From Actinomycetales bacterium (GTDB taxonomy: Bacteria; Actinomycetota; Actinomycetes; S36-B12), in contig JAGWXF010000011.1 in NCBI GenBank assembly GCA_018970025.1, positions 8,898-72,897 on the forward strand: 64,000 nucleotides of DNA, read 5' to 3'. Position numbers and translations under genes: made by a program. Positions 55,161-63,254 of this stretch are shown here, in pieces. The notes under the pieces were generated by a model. That model had not been told where the DNA came from. It ran no database searches and saw only the letters and a program-made list of their open reading frames with translations. The stretch's first letter is position 1. Each line of letters opens with the position of its first letter.

Positions 55161-56438
55161 ATGACCGTTCTTGAGCACGTTCGTCCAACCGACGTCCTTG
55201 GCGCTGCTACCGCACTGGTGTGCCGTGCGTGCGGTGCGCGAGCACCGCTCGATGCGAGCTACGCCTGCATGGAGTGCTTCGGCCCCCTCGAAGTGGGCTA
55301 CGAGTACGACACCATCACCCGTCAGCAGATCCAGGCCGGCCCATCCTCGATGTGGCGCTATGAGGCGCTGCTGCCGGTCGCCCCCGGAGCGCACGCTCGG
55401 GCCGGGCTCCATCCCGGACTCACCAGGCTGGTGCGCGCCGACAACCTGGCAGCGGCACTCGGCGCCCGAACCGTGTGGGTCAAGGACGACTCAGGCAACC
55501 CGACCCACTCCTTCAAGGACCGCGTGGTGGCCGTCGCCCTGGAGAACGCCCGCCGGCTGGGCTACCAGACCATCGCCTGCGCATCGACCGGCAACCTGGC
55601 CAATGCGGTCGCGGCTGCCGCTGCCCGGGCCGGGCTCGCATCCGTGGTGTTCGTCCCCTCGAACCTCGAGGCGGGCAAGATCGTCACGACGGCCGTCTAC
55701 GGCGGCACCCTGGTGGCCATCGAGGGGACCTACGACGACGTCAACCGCCTGTGCACCGAGGTCGCGGCATGCCGCGACTGGGGCTTCGTGAACGTCAACC
55801 TGCGCCCGTACTACGCCGAGGGCAGCAAGACGATGGGCTATGAGATCGCCGAGCAGCTCGGGTGGCGACTGCCCGATGCCGTCATCGCGCCGGTGGCCTC
55901 GGGATCGCTGCTGACCAAGGTCGACAAGGCGTTCCGGGAGTTCACCTCCCTCGGGCTCGTCGATCCGCACCCAACGGCTGTCTACGGAGCCCAGGCGACT
56001 GGCTGCTCCCCGGTATCCCGCGCCTTCCGCGAGGGGCAGGATTTCGTCACCCCGGTCAAGCCGGACACGATCGCCAAGTCCCTGGCGATCGGGAATCCGG
56101 CCGATGGGCCCTTCGCTCTCGATGTCGTGCGGCGTACCGAGGGCGCCATCGAGGACGTCAGCGATGCCGAGGTGGTCGAGGGCATCAGGCTGCTCGCGCG
56201 CACCGAGGGCATCTTCGCCGAGACGGCCGGTGGTGTCGTGGTGGCGACCTACCGCAAGCTGCTGCGCGAAGGGCTGATCGACCCGAGGGCCGAGGTCGTC
56301 CTGCTCAATACCGGCGACGGGCTGAAGACCCTCGATGCGGTGCAGCCCTCCTGCGGCCCGACGCTGACCGTCACCCCGTCATTCGATGCCTTCCAGGCTG
56401 CCTTTGCCGGCATCGCAGCCGATGGGGCATCGGCATGA
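55161..56438 (+). CDS. threonine-synthase-like fold-type-II PLP enzyme, probable sulfur-carrier-dependent homocysteine synthase (MetM-like)
   Basis: N-terminal CRAC…CMEC zinc-ribbon-like motif and PLP-lysine motif NPTHSFKDR; 425 aa. Preceded by the SAM-I riboswitch and translationally coupled (ATGA) to a MoaD-like gene. Confidence 0.8.
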   Translation: MTVLEHVRPTDVLGAATALVCRACGARAPLDASYACMECFGPLEVGYEYDTITRQQIQAGPSSMWRYEALLPVAPGAHARAGLHPGLTRLVRADNLAAALGARTVWVKDDSGNPTHSFKDRVVAVALENARRLGYQTIACASTGNLANAVAAAAARAGLASVVFVPSNLEAGKIVTTAVYGGTLVAIEGTYDDVNRLCTEVAACRDWGFVNVNLRPYYAEGSKTMGYEIAEQLGWRLPDAVIAPVASGSLLTKVDKAFREFTSLGLVDPHPTAVYGAQATGCSPVSRAFREGQDFVTPVKPDTIAKSLAIGNPADGPFALDVVRRTEGAIEDVSDAEVVEGIRLLARTEGIFAETAGGVVVATYRKLLREGLIDPRAEVVLLNTGDGLKTLDAVQPSCGPTLTVTPSFDAFQAAFAGIAADGASA

Positions 56439-56710
56439 GTGCCACGGTCCGCATCCCGACCATCCTGCGGACGTATACCCAGGGATCGACGGAGGTGACG
56501 GTCGAGGCAGGCACCCTGCAGGAGGCGATCGCTGACCTCGACCGCCAGTACCCCGGGATCGGCGCGCGCGTGCTCGACGAGGCCGGTGCGCTGCGCCGCT
56601 TCGTCAATGTCTACGTCAACGACGATGACGTACGGTTCCTCGACGGCCTGCAGACATCGCTCGCCGATGGCGCGGCCATCTCGATCATCCCGGCGGTCGC
56701 GGGAGGGTGA
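56435..56710 (+). CDS. MoaD/ThiS-family sulfur-carrier protein (MetO-like; CysO paralogue)
   Basis: ATG 56435 overlaps the upstream stop. 91 aa, MSATVRIPTILRTYTQGSTEVTVEAGTLQEAIADLDRQYPGIGARVL…IIPAVAGG. About 54 of 90 positions match CysO at 44342 by eye. Confidence 0.85.
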   Translation: MSATVRIPTILRTYTQGSTEVTVEAGTLQEAIADLDRQYPGIGARVLDEAGALRRFVNVYVNDDDVRFLDGLQTSLADGAAISIIPAVAGG

Positions 56711-56723
56711 GCTTCGGCTCACC
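56706..56723 (+). terminator. short hairpin GGTGAGC-TTCG-GCTCACC spanning the metO-like stop codon
   Basis: Read directly from the sequence. A second dyad CACCTGA-N11-TCAGGTG (56720-56744) reaches the stop of the convergent metzincin gene. There is no U-tract, so terminator function is unproven. Confidence 0.35.
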
Positions 56724-56737
56724 TGATCACGCGCCGC

Positions 56738-57982
56738 TCAGGTGAAGCAGGGCAGGGAGGCGAGCTGGGCGAGGCCGGCGAGGTCCCCTGGCTGGAGCCG
56801 GTTGGTCGAGTCATTCCCGTGCACGGGCGACATGAGCTGCTCCGGGTCGTCGACATGCCCGAGGTTGAGGACGTGCCCGAGCTCATGCAGGACGATCGGC
56901 CCCAGGCCGCGGCCGTGGAAGCCGCGGTAGATCTGCTCCGTTCGATCGATGGCGATCCCGGCCTTGACGATGCGGACGCGGCCATCGGGCAGCGCCTGCG
57001 TCAGGGCAAGGGTCTGCGCGGCCGCGGTCGCCAGGCCGGGCAGTGACGACGGGTCCGAGTAGCCGATGAACAGGTCTGCCTGATCGGTGGCCCAGCTGCC
57101 GGACTGCTGTGGCAGGACGCTGGTGTCGCCGACGTCGACGAAGGTGAACCCGGATGCTGCGCTGATCTGCCGGATCGCCTCCTGGATGGTCGCAACGGCC
57201 TGACCGGCAGGGCTGGGCAGCGAGGCGCGGTTGATCGCGTACCGGATGGGCGTGCAGCGATCCCAGTGCGCAGGGCTGCCGGAGGCGTCGGTAAACAGGA
57301 ATGCGTAGGAGGTCGCGCTGGGCGGGGCTACCGGTTGCAGGCCCTCGGCGATGCGAACCAGGCCATCCAGGCCGACCGTTGGCTTGCCCAGCGAGCTCTC
57401 CTGCGCCGTCACCATGACATCAGTGCCAGCGAGCCCGCCGGCGCCGGGCAGGGTCACCACGACGCCCCCTCCGTACCGGGTGATGTCCGAGGCGCGGCAG
57501 TGCCTGCGGCCCGTGCCGCAGGCGGCGTACACCCGACCCGTCACAGCGCCGACCTGAGTCGAGCCGGCCGCGGAGCCGGCCTCCCAGGTCGGCCATCTGC
57601 CGGGGCCAAAGGAGCCCGCCGGGCCCTGGATGACCGTGATCGTCCCCCTGGCACTGACGTAGGTCGCCTCCAGCTGCGGGCGAGCGACCGACGGATCCTG
57701 GCATTCGGCGTAGAACGCCTCGCGCAGGCGGAAGCCGAGCTTCTGGGTGGGCTGGTAGACCGTGTAGTCGACGCAGCCCTGCTTGCCGCGATACTGCCCG
57801 GTCTCATCGGGGCCAGTCGCAGCCGAGGCCGGCGGGATCCCAGGGCCCTCCACGAGGGCAAGCCCGGCGAGGACGATGGCGATCGCGACCGTGAGCCAGT
57901 GCGTTCGACCAGGACGTGTTCGACCGGGCGTGAGCCGCAATGGCGAGCGTCGGCCAGAGCCGACGTCATGGTCGCGGGCCAT
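56738..57982 (-). CDS. secreted zinc metalloprotease (metzincin, matrixin/M10-like catalytic domain)
   Basis: ORF 56738..58015 (TTG); start set at ATG 57982 (MARDHDVGSGRR…, then TM/signal HWLTVAIAIVLAGLALV). HExxHxxxxxH as HELGHVLNLGH, followed by a Met-turn candidate LMSP. Confidence 0.75.
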   Translation of the reverse strand: MARDHDVGSGRRSPLRLTPGRTRPGRTHWLTVAIAIVLAGLALVEGPGIPPASAATGPDETGQYRGKQGCVDYTVYQPTQKLGFRLREAFYAECQDPSVARPQLEATYVSARGTITVIQGPAGSFGPGRWPTWEAGSAAGSTQVGAVTGRVYAACGTGRRHCRASDITRYGGGVVVTLPGAGGLAGTDVMVTAQESSLGKPTVGLDGLVRIAEGLQPVAPPSATSYAFLFTDASGSPAHWDRCTPIRYAINRASLPSPAGQAVATIQEAIRQISAASGFTFVDVGDTSVLPQQSGSWATDQADLFIGYSDPSSLPGLATAAAQTLALTQALPDGRVRIVKAGIAIDRTEQIYRGFHGRGLGPIVLHELGHVLNLGHVDDPEQLMSPVHGNDSTNRLQPGDLAGLAQLASLPCFT

Positions 57983-58016
57983 GGGCGCAATGTACCCCGG
58001 GACACCATGCTGCAAG

Positions 58017-58092
<76 letters not shown>

Positions 58093-58292
58093 TGAAGCGT
58101 TGCTGAGTCTAACAGTGCTCTCAATGTGCTGGTCGACCGGTCACGGTCCCCGACGGCGGCGATGGAGTTCGTCGCGCCGGAGCGCGGGCGTCGTCACGTG
58201 CGAGGTGGGCGGCAGCCGGGGCGATCCGTGCAGCCGTCCGAGTCGACCGCGCGGCACCTGCTCGATGATCGGGTCCCGTAGGTTCGGCGACG

Positions 58293-59579
58293 CTAGGCCA
58301 GTGGATGATCCGTGAGGTATGGCTCCAGGATGACGTTCAGCGGCAACGCATGGGCGTCGGGAACGAGCTGGCCCAGGACTGGCAGGCCGTGGCCCGACGC
58401 GAACTCGACGTGGACGTAGCCGGTGAGCTCGGCACGACGTTCATCGGGGGTGCCTCGAAGCTGCTCCTCGAGGACTGCGGTGTCTTCTGCATGCGTCAGG
58501 TCTCGCATCCTCGGGTCATACAGGCTCAGCCGGTCGGTCTCAGTGCCGACGACCTGGCGGTCAACGATGGCCGGGTTGAGGTACTCCCGCCAGAGTGCGG
58601 CCTCTGCGAGGCCTGGGCCATGGGTGTCGGCGATTCGCCGCTGGTAGTCGATCGTCTCGGCGTACGCCTGCGCGTAGCCGGCTCGGTTGATGGCGAGGAA
58701 CACGTCGAGCTTGGTCGGATAACGGGAGAAGATCAGCCCCTCGCTGGTGCCGCTGGACTCGGCGATGTCGCGCAGGCGCGTGCGCCGATAGCCAATGTCG
58801 CCGATCGAGGCGAGGGTTCGCTGCAGGACCTCGTCGATCCGGGGATCCCCGGTGTCGAACGGGGAGGCGTGCAGGTGCTGCGCGGGATGCGCAGGCGGGC
58901 TGCCGGGTCGGGCCGGCTGCTGGAGAGCGCGGTGCATGTGGCGCAGGGCCGGGGTGATGTCCATCGACCCGAGCCAGGGGCGGTTGCGGAACAGGATCAG
59001 ACCGAAGGCCCAGGTGGCGATGGCCGCGATCCGAGGCGCCCGGGCGGGGTCATCAGCGTCGCCGATGGCGGCACGCAGCCAGGCCGCGAATTCGTCGGCT
59101 ACTCCTGGCCTCAGGGCGGGATCGAAGCGGGAGCCCAGGATCAGGTCCAGGGCGCCGCTGACGTGAGCCGACGGGTGGACGAATGCACCCATGGCGTCGA
59201 GGAATGGCACTGGATCGGCTGCGTCCGCTGCCAGGACACCGGAATCGAAGGCGGTTGCCAGGGCATGGGTCAGGGCGGGACGGAGGGGATCGGCCCACAG
59301 GGACAGGCCAAGGGCGGACGCGTCGGGGAACCTGCCGAGCAGGGCTCCATTGCTCAGGTCGGCTGCCTTGGCGACCCGATTGATCGACAGCCGGTCCCAG
59401 CCGACCTCGTCAAGGACTGCCAGGGCGGCCCGGTGAATGCGACTGTCGTTGCGTTGGGCGTGCGAGGGCCGTGACCGCTGGGTCCGAGCACGGCGGGGGA
59501 TCGCGGTGCTGGATCCGCTCGACTCGGTCGTCACCGCTACGTGGGGCTGGTGGTCGGCGAGTCCAGTCAGGCCACGCAT
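58293..59579 (-). CDS. tandem (two-module) TetR-family transcriptional regulator
   Basis: ORF 58293..60092; start ATG 59579 or GTG 59534. Two TetR HTH modules (…IHRAALAVLDEVGWDRLSINRVAKAADLSNGALLGRF… and …IDEVLQRTLASIGDIGYRRTRLRDIAESSGTSEGLIFSRY…), each with a ligand domain. Confidence 0.75.
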   Translation of the reverse strand: MRGLTGLADHQPHVAVTTESSGSSTAIPRRARTQRSRPSHAQRNDSRIHRAALAVLDEVGWDRLSINRVAKAADLSNGALLGRFPDASALGLSLWADPLRPALTHALATAFDSGVLAADAADPVPFLDAMGAFVHPSAHVSGALDLILGSRFDPALRPGVADEFAAWLRAAIGDADDPARAPRIAAIATWAFGLILFRNRPWLGSMDITPALRHMHRALQQPARPGSPPAHPAQHLHASPFDTGDPRIDEVLQRTLASIGDIGYRRTRLRDIAESSGTSEGLIFSRYPTKLDVFLAINRAGYAQAYAETIDYQRRIADTHGPGLAEAALWREYLNPAIVDRQVVGTETDRLSLYDPRMRDLTHAEDTAVLEEQLRGTPDERRAELTGYVHVEFASGHGLPVLGQLVPDAHALPLNVILEPYLTDHPLA

Positions 59580-61398
59580 CGGGCAGTGTTCACCAAGGTG
59601 CGGGCCAGTGGCTCGGTGACCGCTGGGGGATACGTCGGGGCCCTGCTGGGCTACGGCAAGGGCAACATCAGCCAGTCCTACTCGACGGCGACGGTCACGA
59701 GTGGGCCCAGCGCCGTTCAGACGGGAGGACTCGTGGGCTCCTGGAGTGCGGCGTCCATGGTCAACAGCTACGCGGCGGGGGCGGTGACCGGGACTGGCGC
59801 AAGTTCGGCGGTGGGGGGCCTCGTCGGATCCTCGGGCACCGCGACCATCGAGAAGAGCTATGCCTCGGGGGCTGTGTCGGTCACGAACTGGTCGGCCGCC
59901 GCCGAGCAGCGCCGCGGGGGCCTGGCCGGCAGCGCCTTCAACCTGACGAATACGGACTCGTTCTGGGATGCGACCACGACCGGGCAGGCCACCTCCAGCT
60001 ACGCGAACCTGGGCAATGGCTCGAACCGGGGCCTGGCGAGCAATGTCGCGACGCTGACGCTGGGGTCGGGCACGCCGCCCGCCAGCGGGCAAGAGGTGAC
60101 AGTTGCCGGGCTCGGGGCACCGTTCGACGGAGTGCAGACCATCCAGACCACCGGCACGCCGACCGCACAGAGTTTCACCTATGCCGCAACCGGCTCGGAC
60201 GTCACCTACGGCGCGAACTACAACTTCTTCGTCTACCGTCAGACGTCCACCGGTGCGCAGCCGACCTCCGCGATGCAGACGCCGGCGACCTTCGCCGGGT
60301 GGGATCCATCCATCTGGACGCTCAGCAATGGCCAGTATCCGACGCTGGCCTGGGGCGCCGCGGCGAACCCGTTCGGGACCTGCGGCGGCGGCGGTGGCGG
60401 CGGTGGCGGTGGTGGTGGTGGTGGCGGCGGTGGCGGCGCAGGAGGGGGTTCCGTCGAGCCGGCTGTTGAGCCCTCCGCTGCCGACAGCACCCCTGCTCGC
60501 CCGTCATCGCCCGTGTCGTCGGTGCCGAGCCTGGATGCGATCCCCAATGCCGTGAACGGCAACGTGCCGCTCGGCGGGCTGCCCGCAGGCGGTTCGCTGC
60601 TGCTGGTGAGCGGTCAGCCGGTGCCGGTGGTGGTCCGCACCCGACGCCCCACGGAACCCCAGCGGACTGCAGGTCCAGGGGGATGGCTGGCAGATGCGGC
60701 TGGTGGGCCGCGGCGATGACGCGGATCCGCTCGGCCTGACGGAGAAGCAGGCGCTCATCCTGCAGTCTGAGCGACCTCGCGGGCGGTCACTGGTGCTGAC
60801 GGCCGAACAGCGCGAGCAATCGGCGCGCAAGGTGCGGGTCGCGCCGGTGGCGCAGGCGACCGGGAGCGGGTTCCTGCCGGGATCGCCGGTGAAGTTCTAT
60901 CTGCTGCCATCGACCTACCTCGGCCAGCTGATCAATGACGGGTCGGGGGCGTTCGCGGGCGATATCCCCGTGCCACCGGGCCTTACCCCGGGCACGTACA
61001 CGCTGCAGATGAACGGCCTGTCGCCGACGAGTCAAGTCCGGTCGCTATCGATCGGGGTCGTGGTCAAGCCGACCTCTGTCACCGTCGGCAAGGTGCGGGC
61101 CAAGGTGTACTTCGACGCCCTGAGCCCACTGCTCGATGATGCGGCCAAGGCGACGTTGCGCAAGGTGGCCCGCAAGGCCCGCGCCGGCTCGATTCGCTCG
61201 GTGGTCGTGGGCTACGTCCAGCCGACGGACGCCACGGCCAATGACGTTGCCCTGTCGACAGCCCGGGCCAGGGCCGTCGCTGCCTATCTCAGGTCGCGCG
61301 GGGTGACGGGTGCCTATGTCGTGCGAGGTGATGGCAGGGCGGCAGAGTCCGGGGTACGGGCACGCAGGGTCAACCTCTCGATCACGTTCCAGCGCTAG
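59541..61398 (+). pseudogene. GLUG-repeat / OmpA-domain cell-surface protein gene, 5'-truncated and frameshifted
   Basis: ORF 59541..60719 opens straight into GLUG repeats (…VGLVVG…, …GGLVGSW…, …VGGLVGSS…, …RGGLAGSA…) with no signal peptide. An 18-Gly tract follows. The frame breaks near 60636-60641, and ORF 60694..61398 (open in that frame from 60610) continues …GLQVQGDGWQMRLVGRG… into an OmpA-like domain (VYFDALSPLLDD…LSTARARAVAAYL). Confidence 0.7.
60384..60437 (+). repeat. (GGY)18 trinucleotide tract encoding poly-Gly
   Basis: ggc ggc ggc ggt ggc ggc ggt ggc ggt ggt ggt ggt ggt ggc ggc ggt ggc ggc, read directly from the sequence inside the GLUG/OmpA remnant. Confidence 0.95.
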
Positions 61399-62953
61399 GG
61401 CCATCGCCGGTGCCGACCACTGAGCGCGCGGCACCGGCGATGGCCTGGCCGATGGCCTGCTGGCCGCGCGGGTTGGGGTGGAAGCCGGCGCTGGAGAATC
61501 CCTGCAGGGTGGTCAGGCCGAACACCCACGCATCGTGCCCAGCGCAGACGCCGTGGCCGGCACGCGATTCGCCGGTGGCGGCCCAGATCCTGGTGACCGG
61601 CTTCCAGCCCAGGGTGAATGTCCCGCCGACCTGCTGGTTCAGGGTCCCCGATGCCAGCGACAGCGCGCTTGAGCCGCCGCCGCGGGTGCGGTAGTCGTAG
61701 GACGTCGGCGGGTTCGGCACCAGGATGGTGTCACGCGCCCAGGAGAAGTCGGATGCATCCAGCGTGAGGTACGTGCACGGCTCGCCGCCGGCACCCCTGG
61801 TGATGTCCGGGTACAGGGTCGGCAGGACGACGGCACCTGGGGCCATCGGCAGTGGTCGGGTCGTGCGGTTGCCGGCCTGCACGCATGCGCTCCCGCCCAG
61901 GCAGCCGGCGATGCGGGCGTAGTCGGCGGCGAGCTCGGCGGTCTGGGCCTGGACGCCGTCCTGCAGCGTCGGATACTTCGCCAGCGGGCCGGAGGGGGCC
62001 GGACGGACGGGGCAGTCGGTGACAGTCGCGCATGCGGCCAGGATGTTCGTGAAGCCGACGTCATTGCCGCCGATCGACAAGGTGACCAGGTCGATCGCCC
62101 TGCTGCCGACGATGCGACGGACCTGCTCGACCTGGCTGAGTGACTGACCGGCCGCTGCCTGCGGGCCGAGGACTCCGGCATCGACGGTGGCACCGCTGCA
62201 GGCGACGTCGACGAGCGTGACGGAGGTCGTGCTCGAGGCCTGCTCCAGAGTCAGGGCAGCCTGGGCTGGGCCGCCGCGGACGCTGCGCCGGCACGGGTCA
62301 TCGTCCCAATAGGGGGTGAAGGCAGTGAACAGCCCGCCCTGGGCGATCCATGCGTCGACATTGCGCGGATTGCCCTCGCCGGAGGCGTAGGAGTCGCCCA
62401 GGGCGACCATGAGGATGTTTCGGACGGTTCCCCGCAGGGTTGTGCTGGTGCTGGCCCCACCTGCATTGACCGTGAGCTCGAAGGAGTAGGCGCCTTCGGG
62501 CAGGGTGACCCGAGACTTGCAGGTCTTCTTGCGCAGGGCCCGCGCAGGGGTGCTCGTCGCGGGCGCGCTCGCGTCGGTGCGGGTGACGCGCCATTGATAC
62601 GTGTCACCCGTGGATGGGCAGGCATTGAGCAGCACCTCGTAGCCTGCGGGATCCAGGTACCAGGACAGGGCTCCGCTGATCAGCCGCTCATTGGGCTGGG
62701 CGATGCCGTTGCCCGCGCCCTTGTACGTGCGCGCCGGCTGCAGGCTCAGGGCCCCGCTGACGGGCACGCCGCCGTCGCCGTCGATGAAGCCATCGCCATT
62801 GGCATCCTTGCTCATCGGTACCATCGACCAGCTGCCCTTGGCGACCGGCGCCGCCCAGGCCGGGGCTGCTGGAAGGCCCAGCGCGCCGACCACGAGCACG
62901 GCGAGCACAACGAGCACGGCAAGCACGGCATGGACGATGACGGGTCGGCGCAC
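61382..62953 (-). CDS. secreted SGNH/GDSL lipase-esterase with N-terminal Ig-like/beta-sandwich region
   Basis: ORF 61382..62995 starts at a TTG that overlaps the trx remnant. GTG 62953 (VRRPVIVHAVLAVLVVLAVLVVGALGLPAAPAWA) gives a normal signal peptide. Block I MVALGDSYASGEG, block III SIGGNDVGF, C-terminal GFHPN. Confidence 0.8.
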   Translation of the reverse strand: MRRPVIVHAVLAVLVVLAVLVVGALGLPAAPAWAAPVAKGSWSMVPMSKDANGDGFIDGDGGVPVSGALSLQPARTYKGAGNGIAQPNERLISGALSWYLDPAGYEVLLNACPSTGDTYQWRVTRTDASAPATSTPARALRKKTCKSRVTLPEGAYSFELTVNAGGASTSTTLRGTVRNILMVALGDSYASGEGNPRNVDAWIAQGGLFTAFTPYWDDDPCRRSVRGGPAQAALTLEQASSTTSVTLVDVACSGATVDAGVLGPQAAAGQSLSQVEQVRRIVGSRAIDLVTLSIGGNDVGFTNILAACATVTDCPVRPAPSGPLAKYPTLQDGVQAQTAELAADYARIAGCLGGSACVQAGNRTTRPLPMAPGAVVLPTLYPDITRGAGGEPCTYLTLDASDFSWARDTILVPNPPTSYDYRTRGGGSSALSLASGTLNQQVGGTFTLGWKPVTRIWAATGESRAGHGVCAGHDAWVFGLTTLQGFSSAGFHPNPRGQQAIGQAIAGAARSVVGTGDGPSAGT

Positions 62954-62988
62954 CGGGCAACGGTACGCCAGGGCACGAAGGAGCAGGC

Positions 62989-63195
62989 ATGGCAACCATC
63001 GAGCTCGCCAGTGCCGCCCAGATCACCTCGATCCCCACCCTGATGGCCTTCCGGGATGGCATCCTGGTGTTCCGGCAGGCAGGTGCGCTGCCGGCGGCAG
63101 CACTCGAGCAGCTGATCGCCTCGGTCGAGGCACTGGACATGGACGAGGTCACGGCGCAGGCTGCGGCGTCGGGGGCCGCGCCGAGCGGCTCCTGA
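62989..63195 (+). pseudogene. thioredoxin remnant lacking the WCGPC active-site region
   Basis: 68-aa ORF MATIEL-ASAAQITSIPTLMAFRDGILVFRQAGALPAAALEQLIASVEALDMDEV…. It matches the first ~6 and last ~60 residues of ~120-aa actinobacterial thioredoxins (…SIPTLM…G.LP…LDMDEV). No Cys is present. Confidence 0.6.
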
Positions 63196-63254
63196 CGGCT
63201 GAGCCGCCGCTGGCGACACGTCCGCCGGCGTAGAGGACTGGGAGGTCCACTGTC

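Noticed and set aside
58100-58315. 71-aa plus-strand ORF between tRNA-Lys and the TetR gene
   Set aside because: It is Arg/Ser-rich with no start context or homology recognisable, and it overlaps the TetR gene's 3' end. Probably non-coding.
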